Position numbers and translations under genes: made by a program
Shown here: positions 40,192-51,817 of the stretch, one piece after another
How positions within the stretch are numbered: position 1 is the first letter of the stretch
Layout: each line of letters starts with the position of its first letter
NCBI GenBank assembly: GCA_965223665.1
Contig: OZ245011.1
Coordinates: 448,001 to 512,000, forward strand
Direction of reading: 5' to 3'
Length of the DNA stretch: 64,000 bases
DNA from: Nitrospinaceae bacterium
Lineage (GTDB): Bacteria > Nitrospinota > Nitrospinia > Nitrospinales > Nitrospinaceae
The notes under the pieces: generated by a model
Databases searched by the model: none
Seen by the model: only the letters and a program-made list of their open reading frames with translations
What the model was told of the DNA's origin: nothing

Positions 40192-41477
40192 ATCGTCATA
40201 AATCTGAAAAACTATTTGAGACTGCAAAACAATTTATTCCAGGTGGAGTAAACAGCCCGGTACGTGCATTTAAAGCCGTTGGGGGAAATCCTCTTTTTAT
40301 AGAAAAAGCTTCAGGTTCCAGAATATTTGATGTCGATGGTAATGAGTTTATTGACTATGTGGGGTCATGGGGGCCTCTTATTTTTGGACATTCTCATCCA
40401 AAAATTGTTGAGGCAATCACTCAATATGCCCAGTTGGGAACCAGCTTTGGGGCACCTACAGAATTAGAAACTACTTTAGCGAAAAAAGTGGTTGAATCGA
40501 TCCCCTCAATTGAAACCGTTCGAATGGTAAGTTCCGGAACCGAGGCAGTGATGAGTGCTATTCGGTTAGCCCGGGGGGTTACAGATAGGGATAAAATTGT
40601 AAAATTTGAGGGCTGTTATCATGGCCACGGGGATAGTTTGTTGGTTAAAGCTGGGTCAGGACTTTTGTCATTAGGGATTCCGGATTGTCCAGGCATTGTT
40701 GAAGACTTGGCAAAGAATACTTTGACACTTCCCTTTAATGGATCTTCACAAGTACAAGAATTGTTTGAAAAAGAAGGTCAGAATATTGCCTGCCTTATTG
40801 TAGAACCCGTTGGAGGGAATATGGGAGTGGTTCCTCCGCAACCGGGATTCTTGGAATTGTTAAGAGAGATTACAAAACAATACGGATCCATTTTAATATT
40901 TGATGAAGTAATCACAGGGTTTAGGGTTTCATTGGGAGGCGCTCAAAAGTTGTTTAATATTTCCCCTGACTTAACGTGCTTGGGAAAAATTATTGGAGGG
41001 GGCTTGCCAGTGGGAGCGTATGGAGGCAAAAAAGAATTAATGGATCATATTGCTCCAACGGGTTCAGTTTATCAAGCGGGTACATTATCTGGAAATCCTC
41101 TGGCAATGGCTGCTGGTAATGCAATGGTCGACCTGTTATCACAATCCGGTGTATATGATGATTTAGAGAATAAAAGCGATACTTTGTGTAAAGGATTTCA
41201 AGCTAATGTCCAGGAACTTGGGATACCGGCAAGCTTTACTCGGATTGGTTCCATGTTTTCCATGTTTTTTACCGATCAATCCATTGTAGATTTTGAATCC
41301 GTTAAAACGGCAGACTTAGAATTTTTTGCTCGTTATTTTAATGGGATGTTAGACGAAGGAGTCTATATTGCTCCTTCACAGTTTGAGGCTGGGTTTATGT
41401 CAGCTGCGCACTCTGAAGAGGATATTCAAAAAACAGTTGAAGCTAATTATAAAGCTTTAAAAAATGCAAAAAGCTAA
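40188..41477 (+). CDS. hemL: Glutamate-1-semialdehyde 2,1-aminomutase
   Basis: [47 protein letters not shown]. Confidence 0.97.
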   Translation: MNRHKSEKLFETAKQFIPGGVNSPVRAFKAVGGNPLFIEKASGSRIFDVDGNEFIDYVGSWGPLIFGHSHPKIVEAITQYAQLGTSFGAPTELETTLAKKVVESIPSIETVRMVSSGTEAVMSAIRLARGVTDRDKIVKFEGCYHGHGDSLLVKAGSGLLSLGIPDCPGIVEDLAKNTLTLPFNGSSQVQELFEKEGQNIACLIVEPVGGNMGVVPPQPGFLELLREITKQYGSILIFDEVITGFRVSLGGAQKLFNISPDLTCLGKIIGGGLPVGAYGGKKELMDHIAPTGSVYQAGTLSGNPLAMAAGNAMVDLLSQSGVYDDLENKSDTLCKGFQANVQELGIPASFTRIGSMFSMFFTDQSIVDFESVKTADLEFFARYFNGMLDEGVYIAPSQFEAGFMSAAHSEEDIQKTVEANYKALKNAKS

Positions 41478-41492
41478 TTGTAAAAAGGATAA

Positions 41493-42779
<1,287 letters not shown>

Positions 42780-42891
42780 AGTGTCTTAATTCATATATTT
42801 TTCAATAGGTTGAGTCGTCTTCACTAAATTTCAAATTGTGAAATTTAGAGGATATTTTTTAAGATAAATAATAAATTTTTTTGGTAAGGTT

Positions 42892-43191
42892 TTGAAGAAA
42901 CCCAATAAGGCTCAGACAACTTTTTATTTGAGTTTATTTATGTTTTTGTTGGTCCTTGTTGTAGCAACTTTTGGCGACAAGGGAGTGGTAACTGTTTATA
43001 AATTTAAGAGTGAACTCAATCAACTGAAAAGTTTAAATAAAAATCTCACCACAGAGAACCTAAAGCTGAAAAACGAAATTGCTGCTTTAAAATCCGACCC
43101 CTTTGCAGTTGAAAAGGTGGCCAGAGAAAAATTAAATCTGGTCAAGGCTGGAGAAGTTATTTATCAGTTTGTTCCCTCCTCAAAAAATTAG
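42892..43191 (+). CDS. ftsB: Septum formation initiator (FtsB/DivIC family)
   Basis: TM, FG..G, coiled coil, E..AR..L..VK.GE; follows eno. Confidence 0.85.
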   Translation: MKKPNKAQTTFYLSLFMFLLVLVVATFGDKGVVTVYKFKSELNQLKSLNKNLTTENLKLKNEIAALKSDPFAVEKVAREKLNLVKAGEVIYQFVPSSKN

Positions 43192-43687
43192 CCTGAAATG
43201 GCAATTAAAATTTTATTTTTACCCTTCCTGTTAATTTGTTAAAATTTAAAGTAATTTATTGAAAACAAAGGCCTTATGAAGATTTTTTTGTTTCTCATGG
43301 AAATTTTTAAAACCATTGAAAAATAGGCGCTTACACGGGTTGTTCCCTTCGATTTTGGAGTTATATGTGGGTTAAACTGCCAAAAAATCAAAAATTTCCA
43401 AGGATTTTTTCATTAACCTATTGATATTTTTGTAATAAATGGTAGAGTATATACATCCAAATAAATAGGGGGAAAACTTTGGAGGAGACAATACTCTGTA
43501 AAGAGAATCTCTGAAAAAGGGAATTAAGGTTCTTGGCGCCTTGAATCGAAAGCTAGTCAATATATTTATTTCAAGTTGCTTAAAGCATCTGGCAAATCTT
43601 ATTTCTAGCTGAAATTTCGTTTAGGTACAAAGTCCTAAATTCTTGAGAAAAATAGTTTTACTATCATTTCATTGATAAGGAGGAAGC

Positions 43688-43972
43688 ATGACCAAGCAAG
43701 ACATTATTAATCATGTTTCACAGGAAGCCAGCTTATCTCGTTCTAAAGCGGAAGAAGCAGTTGAAACTGTGATCAAATTGATTAAAGAGTCCCTGGGTCA
43801 AGGTGAACCAGTAATTTTACGTCGTTTTGGGACGTTTCAAGTGAAGCAAAAAACCAAACGGATGGGACGGAATCCAAAAACTGGAGAAGAGGCTGAAATT
43901 ACAGCCAGGAAAGTTGTGCGATTTAAGTCTGGTAAGCATTTTAAACAGGCTGTGAATGACGACGAAAATTAA
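43688..43972 (+). CDS. HU/IHF family DNA-binding protein
   Basis: MTK.D.I, FGTF, GRNPKTGE, VRFK.GK; RBS AAGGAGG. Confidence 0.95.
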   Translation: MTKQDIINHVSQEASLSRSKAEEAVETVIKLIKESLGQGEPVILRRFGTFQVKQKTKRMGRNPKTGEEAEITARKVVRFKSGKHFKQAVNDDEN

Positions 43973-43986
43973 TGCTAAGTTTATAG

Positions 43987-45024
43987 TTATAGGATAAGCA
44001 TGGCATCACCATAACTATAAAACCGGTATTTTTTTTGAATTGCCTGTTGATATGCCTTTTGAATAAGGGATGGACTGCCAAAAGCGCAAACTAATAAATA
44101 TAGACTTGATTTTGGTAAATGAAAGTTAGTTATTAAGTGGTCTGTATTTTTAAAAGTTTGGCCTGGATAAATAAAGCGTTCCGTCCAATCACCATATGGA
44201 TTTTTTCGGTTGGATTGAATATCAATTGACTCCAAGACTCGGGTTGTCGTAGTCCCTACAGAAAGAATTTTTGTTTTTTGTTGTTTTGTTTGAAAAAGAG
44301 TATTCCAAGTTTGTGAAGAAATTTGGAAATACTCTTTTTTCATTTTATGTTGAGTTATATTTTCTGTTCGAATGGGTTGGAAAGTTCCAGGTCCTACTTG
44401 AAGTGTCAAAAAAGTCATTTGAAATTTTGATTTTAGACTCTCCATCATTGAATCTGAAAAATGAAGACCTGCCGTCGGTGCGGCGATAGACCCTGGGAAT
44501 TTGGCAAATACCGTTTGGTATCTTTCCTTATCCAAAGCCTCTAATTGATCATCCCCAACATTTCTTCGAATGTAGTGGGGTAGTGGAAACCTTCCAATGG
44601 TATTCATAAGTTGTTGCACATCAACTTCATCTGAAAATTGAAGAATGCCTAGATCTTCCTTTTTTTTCAAAAAAGTCGCGCAACAATTTGGGCTAAACTC
44701 AATGACATCCCCTGATTTAAACTTTCCTAAACCCTTAACCAATATAGACCAGGTTTTTGGTTTGATTTCTTCTACCAGTAAAATTTCTGAAACTCTTTTA
44801 GTATTTTTCCAAACTCCAATGATTTTAGCGGGAAGTACTTGGGTATTATTAAAAACGAGAAGGGGTTTGGTTTTTAAATAGTTGGGTAAAGAGGAAAACT
44901 GATCGTCATAAATATTGCCTGTCTTTCTTTCTATGACCATTAAACGAGATTGCCCTCGTTCGGGACTTGGTTTTTGGGCGATTAAACTCTCAGGCAATTC
45001 GAAATCAAAATCTGATAACTTCAT
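43987..45024 (-). CDS. queA: S-adenosylmethionine:tRNA ribosyltransferase-isomerase
   Basis: FDFELPE.LIAQ, PLP.YI, YQTV, AAPTAGLHF, VGTT, TNFHLP, YSYGD; start at MKLSDF (45024). Confidence 0.96.
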   Translation of the reverse strand: MKLSDFDFELPESLIAQKPSPERGQSRLMVIERKTGNIYDDQFSSLPNYLKTKPLLVFNNTQVLPAKIIGVWKNTKRVSEILLVEEIKPKTWSILVKGLGKFKSGDVIEFSPNCCATFLKKKEDLGILQFSDEVDVQQLMNTIGRFPLPHYIRRNVGDDQLEALDKERYQTVFAKFPGSIAAPTAGLHFSDSMMESLKSKFQMTFLTLQVGPGTFQPIRTENITQHKMKKEYFQISSQTWNTLFQTKQQKTKILSVGTTTTRVLESIDIQSNRKNPYGDWTERFIYPGQTFKNTDHLITNFHLPKSSLYLLVCAFGSPSLIQKAYQQAIQKKYRFYSYGDAMLIL

Positions 45025-45111
45025 GATAAAATAAGGGTATTTATATCGGAAATTTTTGAGGTTTCTCTTTGTTTTATAAAGGTTTTTCAGCCATTTAAAG
45101 GAATTTTGAGG

Positions 45112-45140
45112 TTGACCTCTTTTTGTAAATATTATATTCT
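45112..45140 (+). promoter_or_regulatory. Putative sigma70 promoter for the c554-like gene
   Basis: TTGACC -17 bp- TATTCT. Confidence 0.55.
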
Positions 45141-45190
45141 TCGCTGACGTCCAGAGTTTAGAACAAAAACCGTAAAAGTCCAAATAGGGT

Positions 45191-46045
45191 ATGAAAACAA
45201 TGAAAAATTTTAAAACCGTAGGATTGCTATTTTTATCAGCCCTTCTTGTTTTCCTTGGAGGCGTGGATTCTGCTAATGCTAAAAAGAAAAAGATTCCTAA
45301 AAAACCCAGTTATGTTGGGGCAGCAAAATGTAATGGAAGTTGTCACGACCCTTATTACCAAGCGTGGAGAAATTCTCCACATGGCAAGACTTTTGACATT
45401 TTAAAAGCAGGTGAAAGGGCAGATGCAAAAAAGAAAGCCAGCCTGGACCCTGAAAAGGACTACACAACAGATCCAATGTGTTTACGGTGTCATACCACCG
45501 GATACCGCCAAAAAGGTGGTTTCAAACCCGCGGGCAGTAAAAAGAAAGGTAAGGATATAAGCACCAAAATTGATCCGGAAGAACCTAGTTTAGAGCAGGT
45601 AGGTTGTGAGATGTGCCACGCCGCTGCTGGAGGAGCCCAATTCCGAGTGGTTATGAAAAATACAAAGGGCGACTTTAAAAAGAAAGATACTGAGAAATAT
45701 GGACAACGTTGGGATTATGCTAACGTTTGTACGCGCTGTCATAATCACCCTAAAAACCCTCATAATGAAAAGTTAGATGCAAAATATGCTTTTGATTATG
45801 AAAAGAAAAAAGGGGAAGTCCATCCTTATGAAAAATTTCTCTCTGAAGACAATGCGGATCAGAATATTGTTGCGGATGGAAAAGTGAAAGATCGTGCAAA
45901 AGTAAAAGCGAAGTCTGAGGAAAAACCCTTGAGAATTGAAGACTTCGAAATCAACGATAAAGGAAAACTTAAATTTGTTAAGAAAACTCGCCCTTATAAA
46001 TACAGCAAAAAGAAAAAGAGAGGAAAATTTTATTATCAAAAATAA
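45191..46045 (+). CDS. Exported multiheme cytochrome c, c554 family (4 heme motifs)
   Basis: Signal peptide; YVG...CNGSCH, W..S.H, LDP.KDYT.D..CLRCHTTG, VGCEMCH, CTRCH. Confidence 0.85.
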   Translation: MKTMKNFKTVGLLFLSALLVFLGGVDSANAKKKKIPKKPSYVGAAKCNGSCHDPYYQAWRNSPHGKTFDILKAGERADAKKKASLDPEKDYTTDPMCLRCHTTGYRQKGGFKPAGSKKKGKDISTKIDPEEPSLEQVGCEMCHAAAGGAQFRVVMKNTKGDFKKKDTEKYGQRWDYANVCTRCHNHPKNPHNEKLDAKYAFDYEKKKGEVHPYEKFLSEDNADQNIVADGKVKDRAKVKAKSEEKPLRIEDFEINDKGKLKFVKKTRPYKYSKKKKRGKFYYQK

Positions 46046-46079
46046 TTTTTTCCATTATCCTATATTCAAGCCATAATTA

Positions 46080-46128
46080 ATAAGGGGGAGATCCTGGCGA
46101 GCACGGATTTCCCCCTTATCTTATTTTC
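46080..46128 (+). terminator. Intrinsic terminator
   Basis: ATAAGGGGGAGATCC...GGATTTCCCCCTTAT stem followed by T-rich tail. Confidence 0.75.
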
Positions 46129-46152
46129 AACTCTTTCTTAAAAATTCATTCC

Positions 46153-47538
46153 ATGAGCGAGAACACCTTTAAAAAGAAAATTGTATGTATTGGAGCCGGT
46201 TATGTTGGTGGCCCAACAATGACCGTTATTGCAAAACATTGCCCGGATTATAAGGTTACCGTTGTTGATATTTCTCAAGATAAGATTAATCAGTGGAACT
46301 CTGATAATTTGCCTATTTATGAGCCAGGTCTAAAAGAACGTGTATTAAAAACTCGCGGAAAAAATCTGTTTTTTTCTACTGATGTTGAAGCAGGGATTGA
46401 TGAAGCCGACATGATTTTTGTTTCCGTAAATACTCCTACCAAGACGTTTGGAGAAGGAGAAGGGCGCGCAGTAGATTTACAATATGTTGAGAAAACTGCT
46501 CGAAAAATAAAGGAGTGTTCTCGTTCAGATAAAATTGTAATTGAAAAAAGTACCTTACCTGTCCGAGCTGCAGAGACTATTGGAAAAATTTTACACTCCG
46601 GAAAAAATGGAGTGAACTTTGAAATTTTGTCGAATCCTGAATTTTTGGCCGAAGGAACGGGAATCATGGATTTGGAGGAACCGGATCGTATTTTGATTGG
46701 CTCTAAAGAAACCCCATCAGGATTAAAAGCCTGTGAAGAACTGGTGAAGGTTTATGAGCATTGGGTTCCACGAGAAAAACTTATTACTACAAATCTATGG
46801 AGTAGCGAGCTTTCTAAATTGGTAGCCAATGCATTTCTAGCGCAAAGAATTTCATCTATCAATAGTATATCAGCGTTGTGTGAGGTAACTGAGGCGGATG
46901 TGAAAGAAGTTGCGCATGCGGTTGGGCGGGATTCAAGGATTGGTTCTAAATTCCTGAACGCTGGAATTGGTTTTGGTGGCTCATGTTTTCGCAAGGATAT
47001 TTTAAATTTAATTTACTTATGTGAGCACTATGGCCTTCACCCAGTTGCAAAGTTTTGGCAACAGGTAATTAATTTAAATGATTACCAAATGGACCGATTT
47101 GTTACTCGAATATTGAGAGCCATGTTTAACTCAGTGGTCGGTAAGAAAATTGCGATATTTGGTTTTGCATTTAAGCCTGATACTGGAGATACTCGGGATG
47201 CTCCAGCGATTCATGTATGCAAAAAGCTTTTGATAGAAAAAGCACATCTGTCTATTACAGATCCTCATGCCCTGGAGAATGCTAAGAGAGATCTACAAGG
47301 TATAGAGGGTGAAGTAGATTACGAGCTTGATCCCTACAAGGCAGCGGAAGGAGCCCATGCCATTGCTTTGATGACGGAATGGAGAGAATTTAAAGACCTG
47401 GATTTCCAAAGAATTTACGACAGTATGGAAAAGCCAGCTTTTCTATTCGATGGTCGAAATCATTTAGATCATAAAGCACTTCATAAAATGGGTTTCAATG
47501 TATTTGGTGTCGGGAAACCTACCTTGGATAATTTTTAA
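46153..47538 (+). CDS. ugd: UDP-glucose 6-dehydrogenase
   Basis: [51 protein letters not shown]. Confidence 0.96.
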   Translation: MSENTFKKKIVCIGAGYVGGPTMTVIAKHCPDYKVTVVDISQDKINQWNSDNLPIYEPGLKERVLKTRGKNLFFSTDVEAGIDEADMIFVSVNTPTKTFGEGEGRAVDLQYVEKTARKIKECSRSDKIVIEKSTLPVRAAETIGKILHSGKNGVNFEILSNPEFLAEGTGIMDLEEPDRILIGSKETPSGLKACEELVKVYEHWVPREKLITTNLWSSELSKLVANAFLAQRISSINSISALCEVTEADVKEVAHAVGRDSRIGSKFLNAGIGFGGSCFRKDILNLIYLCEHYGLHPVAKFWQQVINLNDYQMDRFVTRILRAMFNSVVGKKIAIFGFAFKPDTGDTRDAPAIHVCKKLLIEKAHLSITDPHALENAKRDLQGIEGEVDYELDPYKAAEGAHAIALMTEWREFKDLDFQRIYDSMEKPAFLFDGRNHLDHKALHKMGFNVFGVGKPTLDNF

Positions 47539-47581
47539 TAGACATTAAAGATTTCTCCAAAATGCCATTTTTCAAAAATGC

Positions 47582-47845
47582 TTACTTCGTCACGTTGGGT
47601 TTGTGACAAAAGGTGCAGGTTTCCATAGGTCTGTGGGGCATGATGGGTGCATCTTTTACTTTTTGGACATGACAGGAGAGACACTCTTCCACTGGAGCCT
47701 CAGGCTTATGAAAGGGTTGTTTGCTGAGAGCGGGCGCAGAGTCTAAAAATGATTTTACAATATATACAATCAATATTAGACCGAGAACTGCTGATACTTT
47801 CATGAAATTTATTTGACCGGAAAACTTGTTTTTCTTTTTTGCCAT
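47582..47845 (-). CDS. Small membrane-anchored diheme cytochrome c
   Basis: N-terminal TM; H....CLSCH...PH....CTFCH. Confidence 0.8.
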   Translation of the reverse strand: MAKKKNKFSGQINFMKVSAVLGLILIVYIVKSFLDSAPALSKQPFHKPEAPVEECLSCHVQKVKDAPIMPHRPMETCTFCHKPNVTK

Positions 47846-47857
47846 TTCAAAAAGCCT

Positions 47858-48247
47858 TTAGCCCGTTGTGTGGGCTGCAATTACATCAATTTCTATTTTG
47901 GCACCTTTTGGTAATGCCGCTACTTGAACACACGCTCTCGCCGGTTTTCCTTCTCCAAAAAACCTTTCATAAACAGCATTCATTCTTTGGAAATGTTCCA
48001 TATCTGATAAATAAACATTAGCCTTTACTACATCATTAAAGGAAAGTCCATCTGCATCCAAAATTGCTTTAATATTTTTTAAGGTCAACTCTGTTTCTTC
48101 TTCAATTTCCCTAGATAAAAAATTTCCGCTTTTTGGATCAAGTGCAATTTGTCCTGAAGTAAAAAGGAAATCTCCAATACGAATCGCTTGTTGATACGGC
48201 CCAATAGCCGCTGGTGCTTCACTGGTTTGAATTGCTTTTTTGATCAT
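47858..48247 (-). CDS. ridA: RidA family enamine/imine deaminase
   Basis: AP.AIGPY.QA, SGQI, N.VY, PARACV, LPK...IEI. Confidence 0.93.
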   Translation of the reverse strand: MIKKAIQTSEAPAAIGPYQQAIRIGDFLFTSGQIALDPKSGNFLSREIEEETELTLKNIKAILDADGLSFNDVVKANVYLSDMEHFQRMNAVYERFFGEGKPARACVQVAALPKGAKIEIDVIAAHTTG

Positions 48248-48272
48248 TGTAATTTATAAACTCCATTCAGAG

Positions 48273-49034
48273 TTAATAATAAACTTTTTCCATTTGTTTT
48301 ATTAAGGGATAGGATTTTAATTCCCTTCCCAATCGGGACAGGACTAAACGGTGAGTAATATACTCTAACTCTTTTTCAACTCCTTTGGGGATTTTTAATC
48401 GGTCACTTCTTGAAATATCAAAGGTAAGCATTTTTTTTAAATAATTCAGGGTTCCCGATTGAAGCTTAGCTTCTGCAATTTCTGAGTTTTGACAGGGTTG
48501 GCAGATAATACCTTGTTTACTGAAACTAAATCCCACCCAGGGAGATTTGGATTCTTTTTTGCAGACTAAGCATAAAGAAAGCCGTGGTTTGTAACCTGCC
48601 AACGCTAATAGGCGAATTTCAAATAATCGGCATAAATTATCCAATACATTTAATTGCATTGATGCTGATAAAGAACTGACTAATAGGTGAAATATTTCAG
48701 GTTCCGGATGTCTTTCTCCAATCATTGCCTCCACGAGTTCGATAAAATAAATTGAAGTATAAAACTTGGTGGGGTCTTCTCGAACCGATTGGTAGGATTG
48801 AATAATATCACACTGGTTTAATCGATAAATTTCTTGAGTTTCTTTCCCAAAATAAATTAGAGAAAGATAAGTCATTGGCTCTAGTGAAGCTCCAAAACGG
48901 CTTTTGAGTCTTCTTGCAGCCTTTGCAACACATTTAATTTTTCCATATGTCTCTGAAAATAGCGTGACCAGCTTGTCTGTTTCTGAAAGCTTTAAAGTGC
49001 GAAGAACAATGGCTCGTGTTTTAAAGAGGGGCAT
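48273..49034 (-). CDS. recO: DNA repair protein RecO
   Basis: AIVLR....E.DK..TLF....GK....AK.AR; zinc CxxC...CxxC. Confidence 0.93.
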   Translation of the reverse strand: MPLFKTRAIVLRTLKLSETDKLVTLFSETYGKIKCVAKAARRLKSRFGASLEPMTYLSLIYFGKETQEIYRLNQCDIIQSYQSVREDPTKFYTSIYFIELVEAMIGERHPEPEIFHLLVSSLSASMQLNVLDNLCRLFEIRLLALAGYKPRLSLCLVCKKESKSPWVGFSFSKQGIICQPCQNSEIAEAKLQSGTLNYLKKMLTFDISRSDRLKIPKGVEKELEYITHRLVLSRLGRELKSYPLIKQMEKVYY

Positions 49035-49566
49035 TTTGTTTCTGTTCAAAATCCAATAAATAAATTTTTGTTTTTAGGCCTCCAGTGTAACCGCCCAAAC
49101 TACCATTGTTCTGGATTACTCTATGGCAGGGAATAATTATTGGGATTGGATTTTTGGAATTTGCATTTCCAACGGCTCGGCAAGCTTTTGGGTTGTTGAT
49201 GGATTTGGCTAACCAGGAATAACTTCGTGTTTCTCCATAGGGGATTTGTATAAGTTTTTTCCAAACCCTTTGTTGAAAGGGAGTGCCTGACCTAAGGTCA
49301 AAGGAACAATTAAATTGTTTTAATTTTCCTTTAAAATACTGGTTAATTTGAGAAGCAATATGATTTAATTTTTTTACATTTTTTTTTGCAGGGGCTGAGA
49401 AAGTTTTATCCAAAAATTTAATATAATTGGCTTCATTATTTATTTTGGTTTGGATATTACACAACCCAAATTCTGTTGTTGCGATACCCCACTTTCCCAA
49501 AGGGGTATTAACAATAGAGAAAAATAAATAGTCTGATTTTAAGGGCGACTTGGGGATGAATAGCAT
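49021..49566 (-). CDS. ogt: Methylated-DNA-protein-cysteine methyltransferase
   Basis: GTPFQ..VW, IPYGET.SY, RAVG.A, PCHRV, GGY. Confidence 0.95.
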   Translation of the reverse strand: MLFIPKSPLKSDYLFFSIVNTPLGKWGIATTEFGLCNIQTKINNEANYIKFLDKTFSAPAKKNVKKLNHIASQINQYFKGKLKQFNCSFDLRSGTPFQQRVWKKLIQIPYGETRSYSWLAKSINNPKACRAVGNANSKNPIPIIIPCHRVIQNNGSLGGYTGGLKTKIYLLDFEQKQNAPL

Positions 49567-49570
49567 TATT

Positions 49571-50482
49571 TTAAAGAATGGTTCTTGCAGCAGAAAAAAC
49601 CATATCTAAAGAATCATCAATTTTAATTGCTCTAGTATCATTTTCTTGTATTGCCGAAATTAAATCCGAATGTTTGGTGGAGTCATAACCCGTCACGGTG
49701 GACCCAATTATAAAATTGAAATGATCATCACTGGAACCAATGGAAGCAATGTTTAATTGCTCGGAATAATTTTCTTCGTAACCGTGACCAGTGCTTATAT
49801 CTTCAATGGCATTGACTGCACCCAAAAGATGTTTTTGGATAAAAGATACCTTGATTCCAAAGGGGTAATCCTTCCGTTCAATATTTGGGTGAGGGACAAT
49901 TGAAACTCCACCCAAAGATTGTATCATAAGGGAAGCTTGTTCAGCGGTATGGTATTTTTTATCGAAAACTGAGAAATTGTTTATTAAATCATTTTGATAT
50001 TTTGGGTGAAGCCAATCCTCTGACATCGCCAAAATTAAATGCCCCTGCTCTGTACTTAACTCAAAAGCGGGATATAATTTTAAATGACCTAAACCTTGTT
50101 CGTTTAAAACTTTTGTCACTTGCCATCTATCATAAAATGACTCCAAAGTTTTTCTAAGCGGAATTTGGCCTGGTATTAAATGCTCGGTAATTAACAGAAA
50201 GTCCAAACCCACATTGGCTGCGCGAAAAGCGATTTCCTCTACAGAATAGTGCCCGTCTGAATGAAGAGAATGACAATGGGTCTCCCCTAGCTTCATGTTG
50301 GGGTTCTTTATTTTAAATTTTGTAATATTATTTTTGATTTTTTTATTTAAAAAGGAATTTCCAATTAAACCAGAAACCGGAGTTACCATTTTTGCTTTAG
50401 TTTGATATGGAATCGTAAGGTGCGCACCTAATAACCCAAGTGTGGTACCAGAAATAAACTTTAGGAATGATCTTCTGTTCAA
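49571..50482 (-). CDS. Tat-exported PHP-family metallophosphoesterase
   Basis: NRRSFLK twin-arginine signal after RBS GGAGG (TTG 50482); HCHS..SDG, TEH, HP, SDDH. Confidence 0.8.
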   Translation of the reverse strand: MNRRSFLKFISGTTLGLLGAHLTIPYQTKAKMVTPVSGLIGNSFLNKKIKNNITKFKIKNPNMKLGETHCHSLHSDGHYSVEEIAFRAANVGLDFLLITEHLIPGQIPLRKTLESFYDRWQVTKVLNEQGLGHLKLYPAFELSTEQGHLILAMSEDWLHPKYQNDLINNFSVFDKKYHTAEQASLMIQSLGGVSIVPHPNIERKDYPFGIKVSFIQKHLLGAVNAIEDISTGHGYEENYSEQLNIASIGSSDDHFNFIIGSTVTGYDSTKHSDLISAIQENDTRAIKIDDSLDMVFSAARTIL

Positions 50483-50539
50483 AAATACCCCTCCCGAATA
50501 ATAATTTAGTAAAGATTTACATTGTATCAAACTTGAGGG

Positions 50540-51817
50540 CTATTTATTCAAGAAAAAATTAACTAAAAATAAGCTGAGTAAAGGGATGTAGGTAATTAAC
50601 AATAACGCAATTATCCGAAGACCTAAAAATGGTAGTGTGGCTGAATATAGTCGAATCACCGGTTCTGAGAAACGGGAACTTGCTATAAACAAATTTATTC
50701 CAACCGGTGGGGTAGAGTAGCCTATTTCAAGGTTAGTAAGAAAAATTATTCCCAAATGAACCATATTAATATCAAAACTTTGGGCTATAGGAATAATTAA
50801 AGGGACCACCACAATTATCGCTGAAAAGATATCCATCATGCATCCAACAGCCAAAAGAAACACATTGAGGACCATGAGAAACGCGATTTTACTGTCAATA
50901 TATTCTTTCATTAAGTCAAGTAATTGCATTGGGACTTGTTCATCGACTAAGTAACTGGTGAATCCCATAGCCGTTCCCATAATAATTAAAATGGTCCCCA
51001 CCAAAATCATGCTTTTGGTCATTAATTGAGGAAGGACTTTTATCGGGTGGATATCTTTATAAATAAAAGACTCTATAAAAATTACATATACTACGGTAGT
51101 TGCGGCAGCTTCGGTAACAGTGAACCACCCACCATAAATTCCAAAAAGAACGAAAAATGGAAGAGCCACCTCCCAAACAGCTTCCTTAAGAGAAACAAAA
51201 GCTTCCTCCCAATTTATTGGTTTCCTTTCTATTTGAAATTTTGCCCCCATCCCTGTGCTGTAGAAAGCCAGAAGAGAAATCATTAGCAATCCAGGGACGA
51301 TTCCGGCTAAAAATAATTGATCCACATTCACTTGAGCAATTAAGCCATATAAAATTAAAGGAAGTGAGGGAGGAAATAATAAGCCCAGGCTTCCTGAAGA
51401 AGTCATGAGCCCCAAAGAAAAATTCTTGGAATATTTTTCTTTAAGCATGAGGGGATATAATAATCCTCCCAGCGCAATGATTGTCACCCCAGAAGCCCCA
51501 GTAAAGGCTGTAAAGAAAGCAGATGCTACTAAAACAACTAAGGGGATTCCACCAGGAATTCCGGCTAAAAGAGTTTGGGAGAGTCGTGTAAGCCTTTGAG
51601 GTGTTTTGCTTTCAGCTAAAATAAATCCAGCAAATGTGAATAAAGGAATGGCAATTAGGGTAGGGGCACTTGCCACACGATATAATTCAATAAAAATAGC
51701 CGCAGAATCGATCTCTGCATAATGGAAGGCCAATAATCCAGCCAAGCCAATCACTGCATATAGGGGCGTTCCCAGGAAGGCTAGAAACAAAATTCCTAAA
51801 ATTATTAATAAGGTCAC
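50540..51817 (-). CDS. dctM: TRAP transporter large permease
   Basis: AIPLF..AG, TGAS, GLLFPPS, LF.AG..PG, TPPVG.NL. Confidence 0.93.
   Translation of the reverse strand: MTLLIILGILFLAFLGTPLYAVIGLAGLLAFHYAEIDSAAIFIELYRVASAPTLIAIPLFTFAGFILAESKTPQRLTRLSQTLLAGIPGGIPLVVLVASAFFTAFTGASGVTIIALGGLLYPLMLKEKYSKNFSLGLMTSSGSLGLLFPPSLPLILYGLIAQVNVDQLFLAGIVPGLLMISLLAFYSTGMGAKFQIERKPINWEEAFVSLKEAVWEVALPFFVLFGIYGGWFTVTEAAATTVVYVIFIESFIYKDIHPIKVLPQLMTKSMILVGTILIIMGTAMGFTSYLVDEQVPMQLLDLMKEYIDSKIAFLMVLNVFLLAVGCMMDIFSAIIVVVPLIIPIAQSFDINMVHLGIIFLTNLEIGYSTPPVGINLFIASSRFSEPVIRLYSATLPFLGLRIIALLLITYIPLLSLFLVNFFLNK

Noticed and set aside
43590-43640. GGCAAA...ACAAAG resembling a c-di-GMP-I riboswitch
   Set aside because: No GNRA-capped P2 or GACGCAAAGC junction; pairing does not fit.
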